Positions 49,201-61,200 of a stretch of DNA of 64,000 nt are shown piece after piece. Under the pieces are notes generated by a model. That model ran no database searches and was not told the origin of the DNA. It worked only from the letters and a program-made list of their open reading frames with translations. The stretch spans positions 40,678,401 through 40,742,400 of the forward strand of contig CM120641.1 in assembly GCA_051362555.1 (NCBI GenBank), written 5' to 3'. Origin of the DNA: Lingula anatina (Eukaryota; Animalia; Brachiopoda). The position numbers were made by a program, and so were the translations under genes. Every line of letters begins with the position of its first letter. Position 1 is the stretch's first letter.

Positions 49201-52200
49201 GGGTCGTTTTTGGGTGATTTTGAGTGATTTTCATCAGGTCCGCGTACAGCAGATTTCTTCAATTTTGGCCAAAAAGGGAAGAATTTTTTTTTTCTTCATT
49301 ATAGTGACCGGTAGGTGTGTTGGGTCATTTGTAGTCAGTATAAAGTACTGGAAGAGTGGTTGTGTCAATATTAAGGAAGAAAAAGAGCAAAAACTCTGCC
49401 CACCCCCCCTCTCTCCAGATCCTGTTTTCAGCTGTGTTTTTGGCTATCTTTAAAGCTGGAATTGGGGGCTTTAATGAAGTGATCCGGGCGTGTTTCCACA
49501 TTTTTTATGAATGACAGGTGTGGTAGATTAATTTTCATCACATTTCGGAAAAATTGGTGACGGGTCGTTTTTGGGTGATTTTGAGTGATTTTCATCAGGT
49601 CCGCGTACAGCAGATTTCTTCAATTTTGGCCAAAAAGGGAAGAAATTTTTTTTTCTTCATTATAGTGACCGGTAGGTGTGTTGGGTCATTTGTAGTCAGT
49701 ATAAAGTACTGGAAGAGTGGTTGTGTCAATATTAAGGAAGAAAAAGAGCAAAAACTCTGGCCACCCCCCCTCTCTCCAGATCCTGTTTTCAGCTGTGTTT
49801 TTGGCTATCTTTAAAGCTGGAATTGGGGGCTTTAATGAAGTGATCCGGGCGTGTTTCCACATTTTTTATGAATGACAGGTGTGGTAGATTAATTTTCATC
49901 ACATTTCGGAAAAATTGGTGACGGGTCGTTTTTGGGTGATTTTGAGTGATTTTCATCAGGTCCGCGTACAGCAGATTTCTTCAATTTTGGCCAAAAAGGG
50001 AAGAAATTTTTTTTTCTTCATTATAGTGACCGGTAGGTGTGTTGGGTCATTTGTAGTCAGTATAAAGTACTGGAAGAGTGGTTGTGTCAATATTAAGGAA
50101 GAAAAAGAGCAAAAACTCTGGCCACCCCCCCTCTCTCCAGATCCTGTTTTCAGCTGTGTTTTTGGCTATCTTTAAAGCTGGAATTGGGGGCTTTAATGAA
50201 GTGATCCGGGCGTGTTTCCACATTTTTTATGAATGACAGGTGTGGTAGATTAATTTTCGTCACATTTCGGAAAAATTGGTGACGGGTCGTTTTTGGGTGA
50301 TTTTGAGTGATTTTCATCAGGTCCGCGTACAGCAGATTTCTTCAATTTTGGCCAAAAAGGGAAGAATTTTTTTTTTCTTCATTATAGTGACCGGTAGGTG
50401 TGTTGGGTCATTTGTAGTCAGTATAAAGTACTGGAAGAGTGGTTGTGTCAATATTAAGGAAGAAAAAGAGCAAAAACTCTGGCCACCCCCCCTCTCTCCA
50501 GATCCTGTTTTCAGCTGTGTTTTTGGCTATCTTTAAAGCTGGAATTGGGGGCTTTAATGAAGTGATCCGGGCGTGTTTCCACATTTTTTATGAATGACAG
50601 GTGTGGTAGATTAATTTTCATCACATTTCGGAAAAATTGGTGACGGGTCGTTTTTGGGTGATTTTGAGTGATTTTCATCAGGTCCGCGTACAGCAGATTT
50701 CTTCAATTTTGGCCAAAAAGGGAAGAAATTTTTTTTTCTTCATTATAGTGACCGGTAGGTGTGTTGGGTCATTTGTAGTCAGTATAAAGTACTGGAAGAG
50801 TGGTTGTGTCAATATTAAGGAAGAAAAAGAGCAAAAACTCTGGCCACCCCCCCTCTCTCCAGATCCTGTTTTCAGCTGTGTTTTTGGCTATCTTTAAAGC
50901 TGGAATTGGGGGCTTTAATGAAGTGATCCGGGCGTGTTTCCACATTTTTTATGAATGACAGGTGTGGTAGATTAATTTTCGTCACATTTCGGAAAAATTG
51001 GTGACGGGTCGTTTTTGGGTGATTTTGAGTGATTTTCATCAGGTCCGCGTACAGCAGATTTCTTCAATTTTGGCCAAAAAGGGAAGAAATTTTTTTTTCT
51101 TCATTATAGTGACCGGTAGGTGTGTTGGGTCATTTGTAGTCAGTATAAAGTACTGGAAGAGTGGTTGTGTCAATATTAAGGAAGAAAAAGAGCAAAAACT
51201 CTGCCCACCCCCCCTCTCTCCAGATCCTGTTTTCAGCTGTGTTTTTGGCTATCTTTAAAGCTGGAATTGGGGGCTTTAATGAAGTGATCCGGGCGTGTTT
51301 CCACATTTTTTATGAATGACAGGTGTGGTAGATTAATTTTCATCACATTTCGGAAAAATTGGTGACGGGTCGTTTTTGGGTGATTTTGAGTGATTTTCAT
51401 CAGGTCCGCGTACAGCAGATTTCTTCAATTTTGGCCAAAAAGGGAAGAAATTTTTTTTTCTTCATTATAGTGACCGGTAGGTGTGTTGGGTCATTTGTAG
51501 TCAGTATAAAGTACTGGAAGAGTGGTTGTGTCAATATTAAGGAAGAAAAAGAGCAAAAACTCTGGCCACCCCCCCTCTCTCCAGATCCTGTTTTCAGCTG
51601 TGTTTTTGGCTATCTTTAAAGCTGGAATTGGGGGCTTTAATGAAGTGATCCGGGCGTGTTTCCACATTTTTTATGAATGACAGGTGTGGTAGATTAATTT
51701 TCATCACATTTCGGAAAAATTGGTGACGGGTCGTTTTTGGGTGATTTTGAGTGATTTTCATCAGGTCCGCGTACAGCAGATTTCTTCAATTTTGGCCAAA
51801 AAGGGAAGAAATTTTTTTTTCTTCATTATAGTGACCGGTAGGTGTGTTGGGTCATTTGTAGTCAGTATAAAGTACTGGAAGAGTGGTTGTGTCAATATTA
51901 AGGAAGAAAAAGAGCAAAAACTCTGGCCACCCCCCCTCTCTCCAGATCCTGTTTTCAGCTGTGTTTTTGGCTATCTTTAAAGCTGGAATTGGGGGCTTTA
52001 ATGAAGTGATCCGGGCGTGTTTCCACATTTTTTATGAATGACAGGTGTGGTAGATTAATTTTCATCACATTTCGGAAAAATTGGTGACGGGTCGTTTTTG
52101 GGTGATTTTGAGTGATTTTCATCAGGTCCGCGTACAGCAGATTTCTTCAATTTTGGCCAAAAAGGGAAGAAATTTTTTTTTCTTCATTATAGTGACCGGT

Positions 52201-55200
52201 AGGTGTGTTGGGTCATTTGTAGTCAGTATAAAGTACTGGAAGAGTGGTTGTGTCAATATTAAGGAAGAAAAAGAGCAAAAACTCTGGCCACCCCCCCTCT
52301 CTCCAGATCCTGTTTTCAGCTGTGTTTTTGGCTATCTTTAAAGCTGGAATTGGGGGCTTTAATGAAGTGATCCGGGCGTGTTTCCACATTTTTTATGAAT
52401 GACAGGTGTGGTAGATTAATTTTCGTCACATTTCGGAAAAATTGGTGACGGGTCGTTTTTGGGTGATTTTGAGTGATTTTCATCAGGTCCGCGTACAGCA
52501 GATTTCTTCAATTTTGGCCAAAAAGGGAAGAAATTTTTTTTTCTTCATTATAGTGACCGGTAGGTGTGTTGGGTCATTTGTAGTCAGTATAAAGTACTGG
52601 AAGAGTGGTTGTGTCAATATTAAGGAAGAAAAAGAGCAAAAACTCTGGCCACCCCCCCTCTCTCCAGATCCTGTTTTCAGCTGTGTTTTTGGCTATCTTT
52701 AAAGCTGGAATTGGGGGCTTTAATGAAGTGATCCGGGCGTGTTTCCACATTTTTTATGAATGACAGGTGTGGTAGATTAATTTTCATCACATTTCGGAAA
52801 AATTGGTGACGGGTCGTTTTTGGGTGATTTTGAGTGATTTTCATCAGGTCCGCGTACAGCAGATTTCTTCAATTTTGGCCAAAAAGGGAAGAAATTTTTT
52901 TTTCTTCATTATAGTGACCGGTAGGTGTGTTGGGTCATTTGTAGTCAGTATAAAGTACTGGAAGAGTGGTTGTGTCAATATTAAGGAAGAAAAAGAGCAA
53001 AAACTCTGGCCACCCCCCCTCTCTCCAGATCCTGTTTTCAGCTGTGTTTTTGGCTATCTTTAAAGCTGGAATTGGGGGCTTTAATGAAGTGATCCGGGCG
53101 TGTTTCCACATTTTTTATGAATGACAGGTGTGGTAGATTAATTTTCATCACATTTCGGAAAAATTGGTGACGGGTCGTTTTTGGGTGATTTTGAGTGATT
53201 TTCATCAGGTCCGCGTACAGCAGATTTCTTCAATTTTGGCCAAAAAGGGAAGAAATTTTTTTTTCTTCATTATAGTGACCGGTAGGTGTGTTGGGTCATT
53301 TGTGGTCAGTATAAAGTACTGGAAGAGTGGTTGTGTCAATATTAAGGAAGAAAAAGAGCAAAAACTCTGGCCACCCCCCCTCTCTCCAGATCCTGTTTTC
53401 AGCTGTGTTTTTGGCTATCTTTAAAGCTGGAATTGGGGGCTTTAATGAAGTGATCCGGGCGTGTTTCCACATTTTTTATGAATGACAGGTGTGGTAGATT
53501 AATTTTCGTCACATTTCGGAAAAATTGGTGACGGGTCGTTTTTGGGTGATTTTGAGTGATTTTCATCAGGTCCGCGTACAGCAGATTTCTTCAATTTTGG
53601 CCAAAAAGGGAAGAAATTTTTTTTTCTTCATTATAGTGACCGGTAGGTGTGTTGGGTCATTTGTAGTCAGTATAAAGTACTGGAAGAGTGGTTGTGTCAA
53701 TATTAAGGAAGAAAAAGAGCAAAAACTCTGGCCACCCCCCCTCTCTCCAGATCCTGTTTTCAGCTGTGTTTTTGGCTATCTTTAAAGCTGGAATTGGGGG
53801 CTTTAATGAAGTGATCCGGGCGTGTTTCCACATTTTTTATGAATGACAGGTGTGGTAGATTAATTTTCGTCACATTTCGGAAAAATTGGTGACGGGTCGT
53901 TTTTGGGTGATTTTGAGTGATTTTCATCAGGTCCGCGTACAGCAGATTTCTTCAATTTTGGCCAAAAAGGGAAGAAATTTTTTTTTCTTCATTATAGTGA
54001 CCGGTAGGTGTGTTGGGTCATTTGTAGTCAGTATAAAGTACTGGAAGAGTGGTTGTGTCAATATTAAGGAAGAAAAAGAGCAAAAACTCTGGCCACCCCC
54101 CCTCTCTCCAGATCCTGTTTTCAGCTGTGTTTTTGGCTATCTTTAAAGCTGGAATTGGGGGCTTTAATGAAGTGATCCGGGCGTGTTTCCACATTTTTTA
54201 TGAATGACAGGTGTGGTAGATTAATTTTCATCACATTTCGGAAAAATTGGTGACGGGTCGTTTTTGGGTGATTTTGAGTGATTTTCATCAGGTCCGCGTA
54301 CAGCAGATTTCTTCAATTTTGGCCAAAAAGGGAAGAAATTTTTTTTTCTTCATTATAGTGACCGGTAGGTGTGTTGGGTCATTTGTAGTCAGTATAAAGT
54401 ACTGGAAGAGTGGTTGTGTCAATATTAAGGAAGAAAAAGAGCAAAAACTCTGGCCACCCCCCCTCTCTCCAGATCCTGTTTTCAGCTGTGTTTTTGGCTA
54501 TCTTTAAAGCTGGAATTGGGGGCTTTAATGAAGTGATCCGGGCGTGTTTCCACATTTTTTATGAATGACAGGTGTGGTAGATTAATTTTCGTCACATTTC
54601 GGAAAAATTGGTGACGGGTCGTTTTTGGGTGATTTTGAGTGATTTTCATCAGGTCCGCGTACAGCAGATTTCTTCAATTTTGGCCAAAAAGGGAAGAAAT
54701 TTTTTGTTCTTCATTATAGTGACCGGTAGGTGTGTTGGGTCATTTGTAGTCAGTATAAAGTACTGGAAGAGTGGTTGTGTCAATATTAAGGAAGAAAAAG
54801 AGCAAAAACTCTGGCCACCCCCCCTCTCTCCAGATCCTGTTTTCAGCTGTGTTTTTGGCTATCTTTAAAGCTGGAATTGGGGGCTTTAATGAAGTGATCC
54901 GGGCGTGTTTCCACATTTTTTATGAATGACAGGTGTGGTAGATTAATTTTCATCACATTTCGGAAAAATTGGTGACGGGTCGTTTTTGGGTGATTTTGAG
55001 TGATTTTCATCAGGTCCGCGTACAGCAGATTTCTTCAATTTTGGCCAAAAAGGGAAGAAATTTTTTGTTCTTCATTATAGTGACCGGTAGGTGTGTTGGG
55101 TCATTTGTAGTCAGTATAAAGTACTGGAAGAGTGGTTGTGTCAATATTAAGGAAGAAAAAGAGCAAAAACTCTGGCCACCCCCCCTCTCTCCAGATCCTG

Positions 55201-58200
55201 TTTTCAGCTGTGTTTTTGGCTATCTTTAAAGCTGGAATTGGGGGCTTTAATGAAGTGATCCGGGCGTGTTTCCACATTTTTTATGAATGACAGGTGTGGT
55301 AGATTAATTTTCATCACATTTCGGAAAAATTGGTGACGGGTCGTTTTTGGGTGATTTTGAGTGATTTTCATCAGGTCCGCGTACAGCAGATTTCTTCAAT
55401 TTTGGCCAAAAAGGGAAGAAATTTTTTTTTTCTTCATTATAGTGACCGGTAGGTGTGTTGGGTCATTTGTAGTCAGTATAAAGTACTGGAAGAGTGGTTG
55501 TGTCAATATTAAGGAAGAAAAAGAGCAAAAACTCTGGCCACCCCCCCTCTCTCCAGATCCTGTTTTCAGCTGTGTTTTTGGCTATCTTTAAAGCTGGAAT
55601 TGGGGGCTTTAATGAAGTGATCCGGGCGTGTTTCCACATTTTTTATGAATGACAGGTGTGGTAGATTAATTTTCGTCACATTTCGGAAAAATTGGTGACG
55701 GGTCGTTTTTGGGTGATTTTGAGTGATTTTCATCAGGTCCGCGTACAGCAGATTTCTTCAATTTTGGCCAAAAAGGGAAGAAATTTTTTTTTCTTCATTA
55801 TAGTGACCGGTAGGTGTGTTGGGTCATTTGTAGTCAGTATAAAGTACTGGAAGAGTGGTTGTGTCAATATTAAGGAAGAAAAAGAGCAAAAACTCTGCCC
55901 ACCCCCCCTCTCTCCAGATCCTGTTTTCAGCTGTGTTTTTGGCTATCTTTAAAGCTGGAATTGGGGGCTTTAATGAAGTGATCCGGGCGTGTTTCCACAT
56001 TTTTTATGAATGACAGGTGTGGTAGATTAATTTTCATCACATTTCGGAAAAATTGGTGACGGGTCGTTTTTGGGTGATTTTGAGTGATTTTCATCAGGTC
56101 CGCGTACAGCAGATTTCTTCAATTTTGGCCAAAAAGGGAAGAAATTTTTTTTTCTTCATTATAGTGACCGGTAGGTGTGTTGGGTCATTTGTAGTCAGTA
56201 TAAAGTACTGGAAGAGTGGTTGTGTCAATATTAAGGAAGAAAAAGAGCAAAAACTCTGGCCACCCCCCCTCTCTCCAGATCCTGTTTTCAGCTGTGTTTT
56301 TGGCTATCTTTAAAGCTGGAATTGGGGGCTTTAATGAAGTGATCCGGGCGTGTTTCCACATTTTTTATGAATGACAGGTGTGGTAGATTAATTTTCATCA
56401 CATTTCGGAAAAATTGGTGACGGGTCGTTTTTGGGTGATTTTGAGTGATTTTCATCAGGTCCGCGTACAGCAGATTTCTTCAATTTTGGCCAAAAAGGGA
56501 AGAAATTTTTTTTTCTTCATTATAGTGACCGGTAGGTGTGTTGGGTCATTTGTAGTCAGTATAAAGTACTGGAAGAGTGGTTGTGTCAATATTAAGGAAG
56601 AAAAAGAGCAAAAACTCTGGCCACCCCCCCTCTCTCCAGATCCTGTTTTCAGCTGTGTTTTTGGCTATCTTTAAAGCTGGAATTGGGGGCTTTAATGAAG
56701 TGATCCGGGCGTGTTTCCACATTTTTTATGAATGACAGGTGTGGTAGATTAATTTTCATCACATTTCGGAAAAATTGGTGACGGGTCGTTTTTGGGTGAT
56801 TTTGAGTGATTTTCATCAGGTCCGCGTACAGCAGATTTCTTCAATTTTGGCCAAAAAGGGAAGAAATTTTTTTTTCTTCATTATAGTGACCGGTAGGTGT
56901 GTTGGGTCATTTGTAGTCAGTATAAAGTACTGGAAGAGTGGTTGTGTCAATATTAAGGAAGAAAAAGAGCAAAAACTCTGGCCACCCCCCCTCTCTCCAG
57001 ATCCTGTTTTCAGCTGTGTTTTTGGCTATCTTTAAAGCTGGAATTGGGGGCTTTAATGAAGTGATCCGGGCGTGTTTCCACATTTTTTATGAATGACAGG
57101 TGTGGTAGATTAATTTTCATCACATTTCGGAAAAATTGGTGACGGGTCGTTTTTGGGTGATTTTGAGTGATTTTCATCAGGTCCGCGTACAGCAGATTTC
57201 TTCAATTTTGGCCAAAAAGGGAAGAAATTTTTTTTTCTTCATTATAGTGACCGGTAGGTGTGTTGGGTCATTTGTAGTCAGTATAAAGTACTGGAAGAGT
57301 GGTTGTGTCAATATTAAGGAAGAAAAAGAGCAAAAACTCTGGCCACCCCCCCTCTCTCCAGATCCTGTTTTCAGCTGTGTTTTTGGCTATCTTTAAAGCT
57401 GGAATTGGGGGCTTTAATGAAGTGATCCGGGCGTGTTTCCACATTTTTTATGAATGACAGGTGTGGTAGATTAATTTTCATCACATTTCGGAAAAATTGG
57501 TGACGGGTCGTTTTTGGGTGATTTTGAGTGATTTTCATCAGGTCCGCGTACAGCAGATTTCTTCAATTTTGGCCAAAAAGGGAAGAAATTTTTTTTTCTT
57601 CATTATAGTGACCGGTAGGTGTGTTGGGTCATTTGTAGTCAGTATAAAGTACTGGAAGAGTGGTTGTGTCAATATTAAGGAAGAAAAAGAGCAAAAACTC
57701 TGGCCACCCCCCCTCTCTCCAGATCCTGTTTTCAGCTGTGTTTTTGGCTATCTTTAAAGCTGGAATTGGGGGCTTTAATGAAGTGATCCGGGCGTGTTTC
57801 CACATTTTTTATGAATGACAGGTGTGGTAGATTAATTTTCGTCACATTTCGGAAAAATTGGTGACGGGTCGTTTTTGGGTGATTTTGAGTGATTTTCATC
57901 AGGTCCGCGTACAGCAGATTTCTTCAATTTTGGCCAAAAAGGGAAGAAATTTTTTGTTCTTCATTATAGTGACCGGTAGGTGTGTTGGGTCATTTGTAGT
58001 CAGTATAAAGTACTGGAAGAGTGGTTGTGTCAATATTAAGGAAGAAAAAGAGCAAAAACTCTGGCCACCCCCCCTCTCTCCAGATCCTGTTTTCAGCTGT
58101 GTTTTTGGCTATCTTTAAAGCTGGAATTGGGGGCTTTAATGAAGTGATCCGGGCGTGTTTCCACATTTTTTATGAATGACAGGTGTGGTAAATTAATTTT

Positions 58201-61200
58201 CATCACATTTCGGAAAAATTGGTGACGGGTCGTTTTTGGGTGATTTTGAGTGATTTTCATCAGGTCCGCGTACAGCAGATTTCTTCAATTTTGGCCAAAA
58301 AGGGAAGAAATTTTTTGTTCTTCATTATAGTGACCGGTAGGTGTGTTGGGTCATTTGTAGTCAGTATAAAGTACTGGAAGAGTGGTTGTGTCAATATTAA
58401 GGAAGAAAAAGAGCAAAAACTCTGGCCACCCCCCCTCTCTCCAGATCCTGTTTTCAGCTGTGTTTTTGGCTATCTTTAAAGCTGGAATTGGGGGCTTTAA
58501 TGAAGTGATCCGGGCGTGTTTCCACATTTTTTATGAATGACAGGTGTGGTAGATTAATTTTCATCACATTTCGGAAAAATTGGTGACGGGTCGTTTTTGG
58601 GTGATTTTGAGTGATTTTCATCAGGTCCGCGTACAGCAGATTTCTTCAATTTTGGCCAAAAAGGGAAGAAATTTTTTTTTTCTTCATTATAGTGACCGGT
58701 AGGTGTGTTGGGTCATTTGTAGTCAGTATAAAGTACTGGAAGAGTGGTTGTGTCAATATTAAGGAAGAAAAAGAGCAAAAACTCTGGCCACCCCCCCTCT
58801 CTCCAGATCCTGTTTTCAGCTGTGTTTTTGGCTATCTTTAAAGCTGGAATTGGGGGCTTTAATGAAGTGATCCGGGCGTGTTTCCACATTTTTTATGAAT
58901 GACAGGTGTGGTAGATTAATTTTCGTCACATTTCGGAAAAATTGGTGACGGGTCGTTTTTGGGTGATTTTGAGTGATTTTCATCAGGTCCGCGTACAGCA
59001 GATTTCTTCAATTTTGGCCAAAAAGGGAAGAAATTTTTTTTTCTTCATTATAGTGACCGGTAGGTGTGTTGGGTCATTTGTAGTCAGTATAAAGTACTGG
59101 AAGAGTGGTTGTGTCAATATTAAGGAAGAAAAAGAGCAAAAACTCTGGCCACCCCCCCTCTCTCCAGATCCTGTTTTCAGCTGTGTTTTTGGCTATCTTT
59201 AAAGCTGGAATTGGGGGCTTTAATGAAGTGATCCGGGCGTGTTTCCACATTTTTTATGAATGACAGGTGTGGTAGATTAATTTTCATCACATTTCGGAAA
59301 AATTGGTGACGGGTCGTTTTTGGGTGATTTTGAGTGATTTTCATCAGGTCCGCGTACAGCAGATTTCTTCAATTTTGGCCAAAAAGGGAAGAAATTTTTT
59401 TTTCTTCATTATAGTGACCGGTAGGTGTGTTGGGTCATTTGTAGTCAGTATAAAGTACTGGAAGAGTGGTTGTGTCAATATTAAGGAAGAAAAAGAGCAA
59501 AAACTCTGGCCACCCCCCCTCTCTCCAGATCCTGTTTTCAGCTGTTTTTTTGGCTATCTTTAAAGCTGGAATTGGGGGCTTTAATGAAGTGATCCGGGCG
59601 TGTTTCCACATTTTTTATGAATGACAGGTGTGGTAGATTAATTTTCATCACATTTCGGAAAAATTGGTGACGGGTCGTTTTTGGGTGATTTTGAGTGATT
59701 TTCATCAGGTCCGCGTACAGCAGATTTCTTCAATTTTGGCCAAAAAGGGAAGAATTTTTTTTTTCTTCATTATAGTGACCGGTAGGTGTGTTGGGTCATT
59801 TGTAGTCAGTATAAAGTACTGGAAGAGTGGTTGTGTCAATATTAAGGAAGAAAAAGAGCAAAAACTCTGGCCACCCCCCCTCTCTCCAGATCCTGTTTTC
59901 AGCTGTGTTTTTGGCTATCTTTAAAGCTGGAATTGGGGGCTTTAATGAAGTGATCCGGGCGTGTTTCCACATTTTTTATGAATGACAGGTGTGGTAGATT
60001 AATTTTCATCACATTTCGGAAAAATTGGTGACGATCGTTTTTGGGTGATTTTGAGTGATTTTCATCAGGTCCGCCCGCGTACAGCAGATTTCTTCAATTT
60101 TGGCCAAAAAGGGAAGAAATTTTTTTTTCTTCATTATAGTGACCGGTAGGTGTGTTGGGTCATTTGTAGTCAGTATAAAGTACTGGAAGAGTGGTTGTGT
60201 CAATATTAAGGAAGAAAAAGAGCAAAAACTCTGGCCACCCCCCCCTCTCTCCAGATCCTGTTTTCAGCTGTGTTTTTGGCTATCTTTAAAGCTGGAATTG
60301 GGGGCTTTAATGAAGTGATCCGGGCGTGTTTCCACATTTTTTATGAATGACAGGTGTGGTAGATTAATTTTCATCACATTTCGGAAAAATTGGTGACGGG
60401 TTGTTTTTGGGTGATTTTGAGTGATTTTCATCAGGTCCGCGTACAGCAGATTTCTTCAATTTTGGCCAAAAAGGGAAGAAATTTTTTTTTCTTCATTATA
60501 GTGACCGGTAGGTGTGTTGGGTCATTTGTAGTCAGTATAAAGCACTGGAAGAGTGGTTGTGTCAATATTAAGGAAGAAAAAGAGCAAAAACTCTGGCCAC
60601 CCCCCCTCTCTCCAGATCCTGTTTTCAGCTGTGTTTTTGGCTATCTTTAAAGCTGGAATTGGGGGCTTTAATGAAGTGATCCGGGCGTGTTTCCACATTT
60701 TTTATGAATGACAGGTGTGGTAGATTAATTTTCATCACATTTCGGAAAAATTGGTGACGGGTCGTTTTTGGGTGATTTTGAGTGATTTTCATCAGGTCCG
60801 CGTACAGCAGATTTCTTCAATTTTGGCCAAAAAGGGAAGAATTTTTTTTTTCTTCATTATAGTGACCGGTAGGTGTGTTGGGTCATTTGTAGTCAGTATA
60901 AAGCACTGGAAGAGTGGTTGTGTCAATATTAAGGAAGAAAAAGAGCAAAAACTCTGGCCACCCCCCCTCTCTCCAGATCCTGTTTTCAGCTGTGTTTTTG
61001 GCTATCTTTAAAGCTGGAATTGGGGGCTTTAATGAAGTGATCCGGGCGTGTTTCCACATTTTTTATGAATGACAGGTGTGGTAGATTAATTTTCATCACA
61101 TTTTGGAAAAATTGGTGACGGGTCGTTTTTGGGTGATTTTGAGTGATTTTCATCAGGTCCGCGTACAGCAGATTTCTTCAATTTTGGTCAAAAAGGGAAG

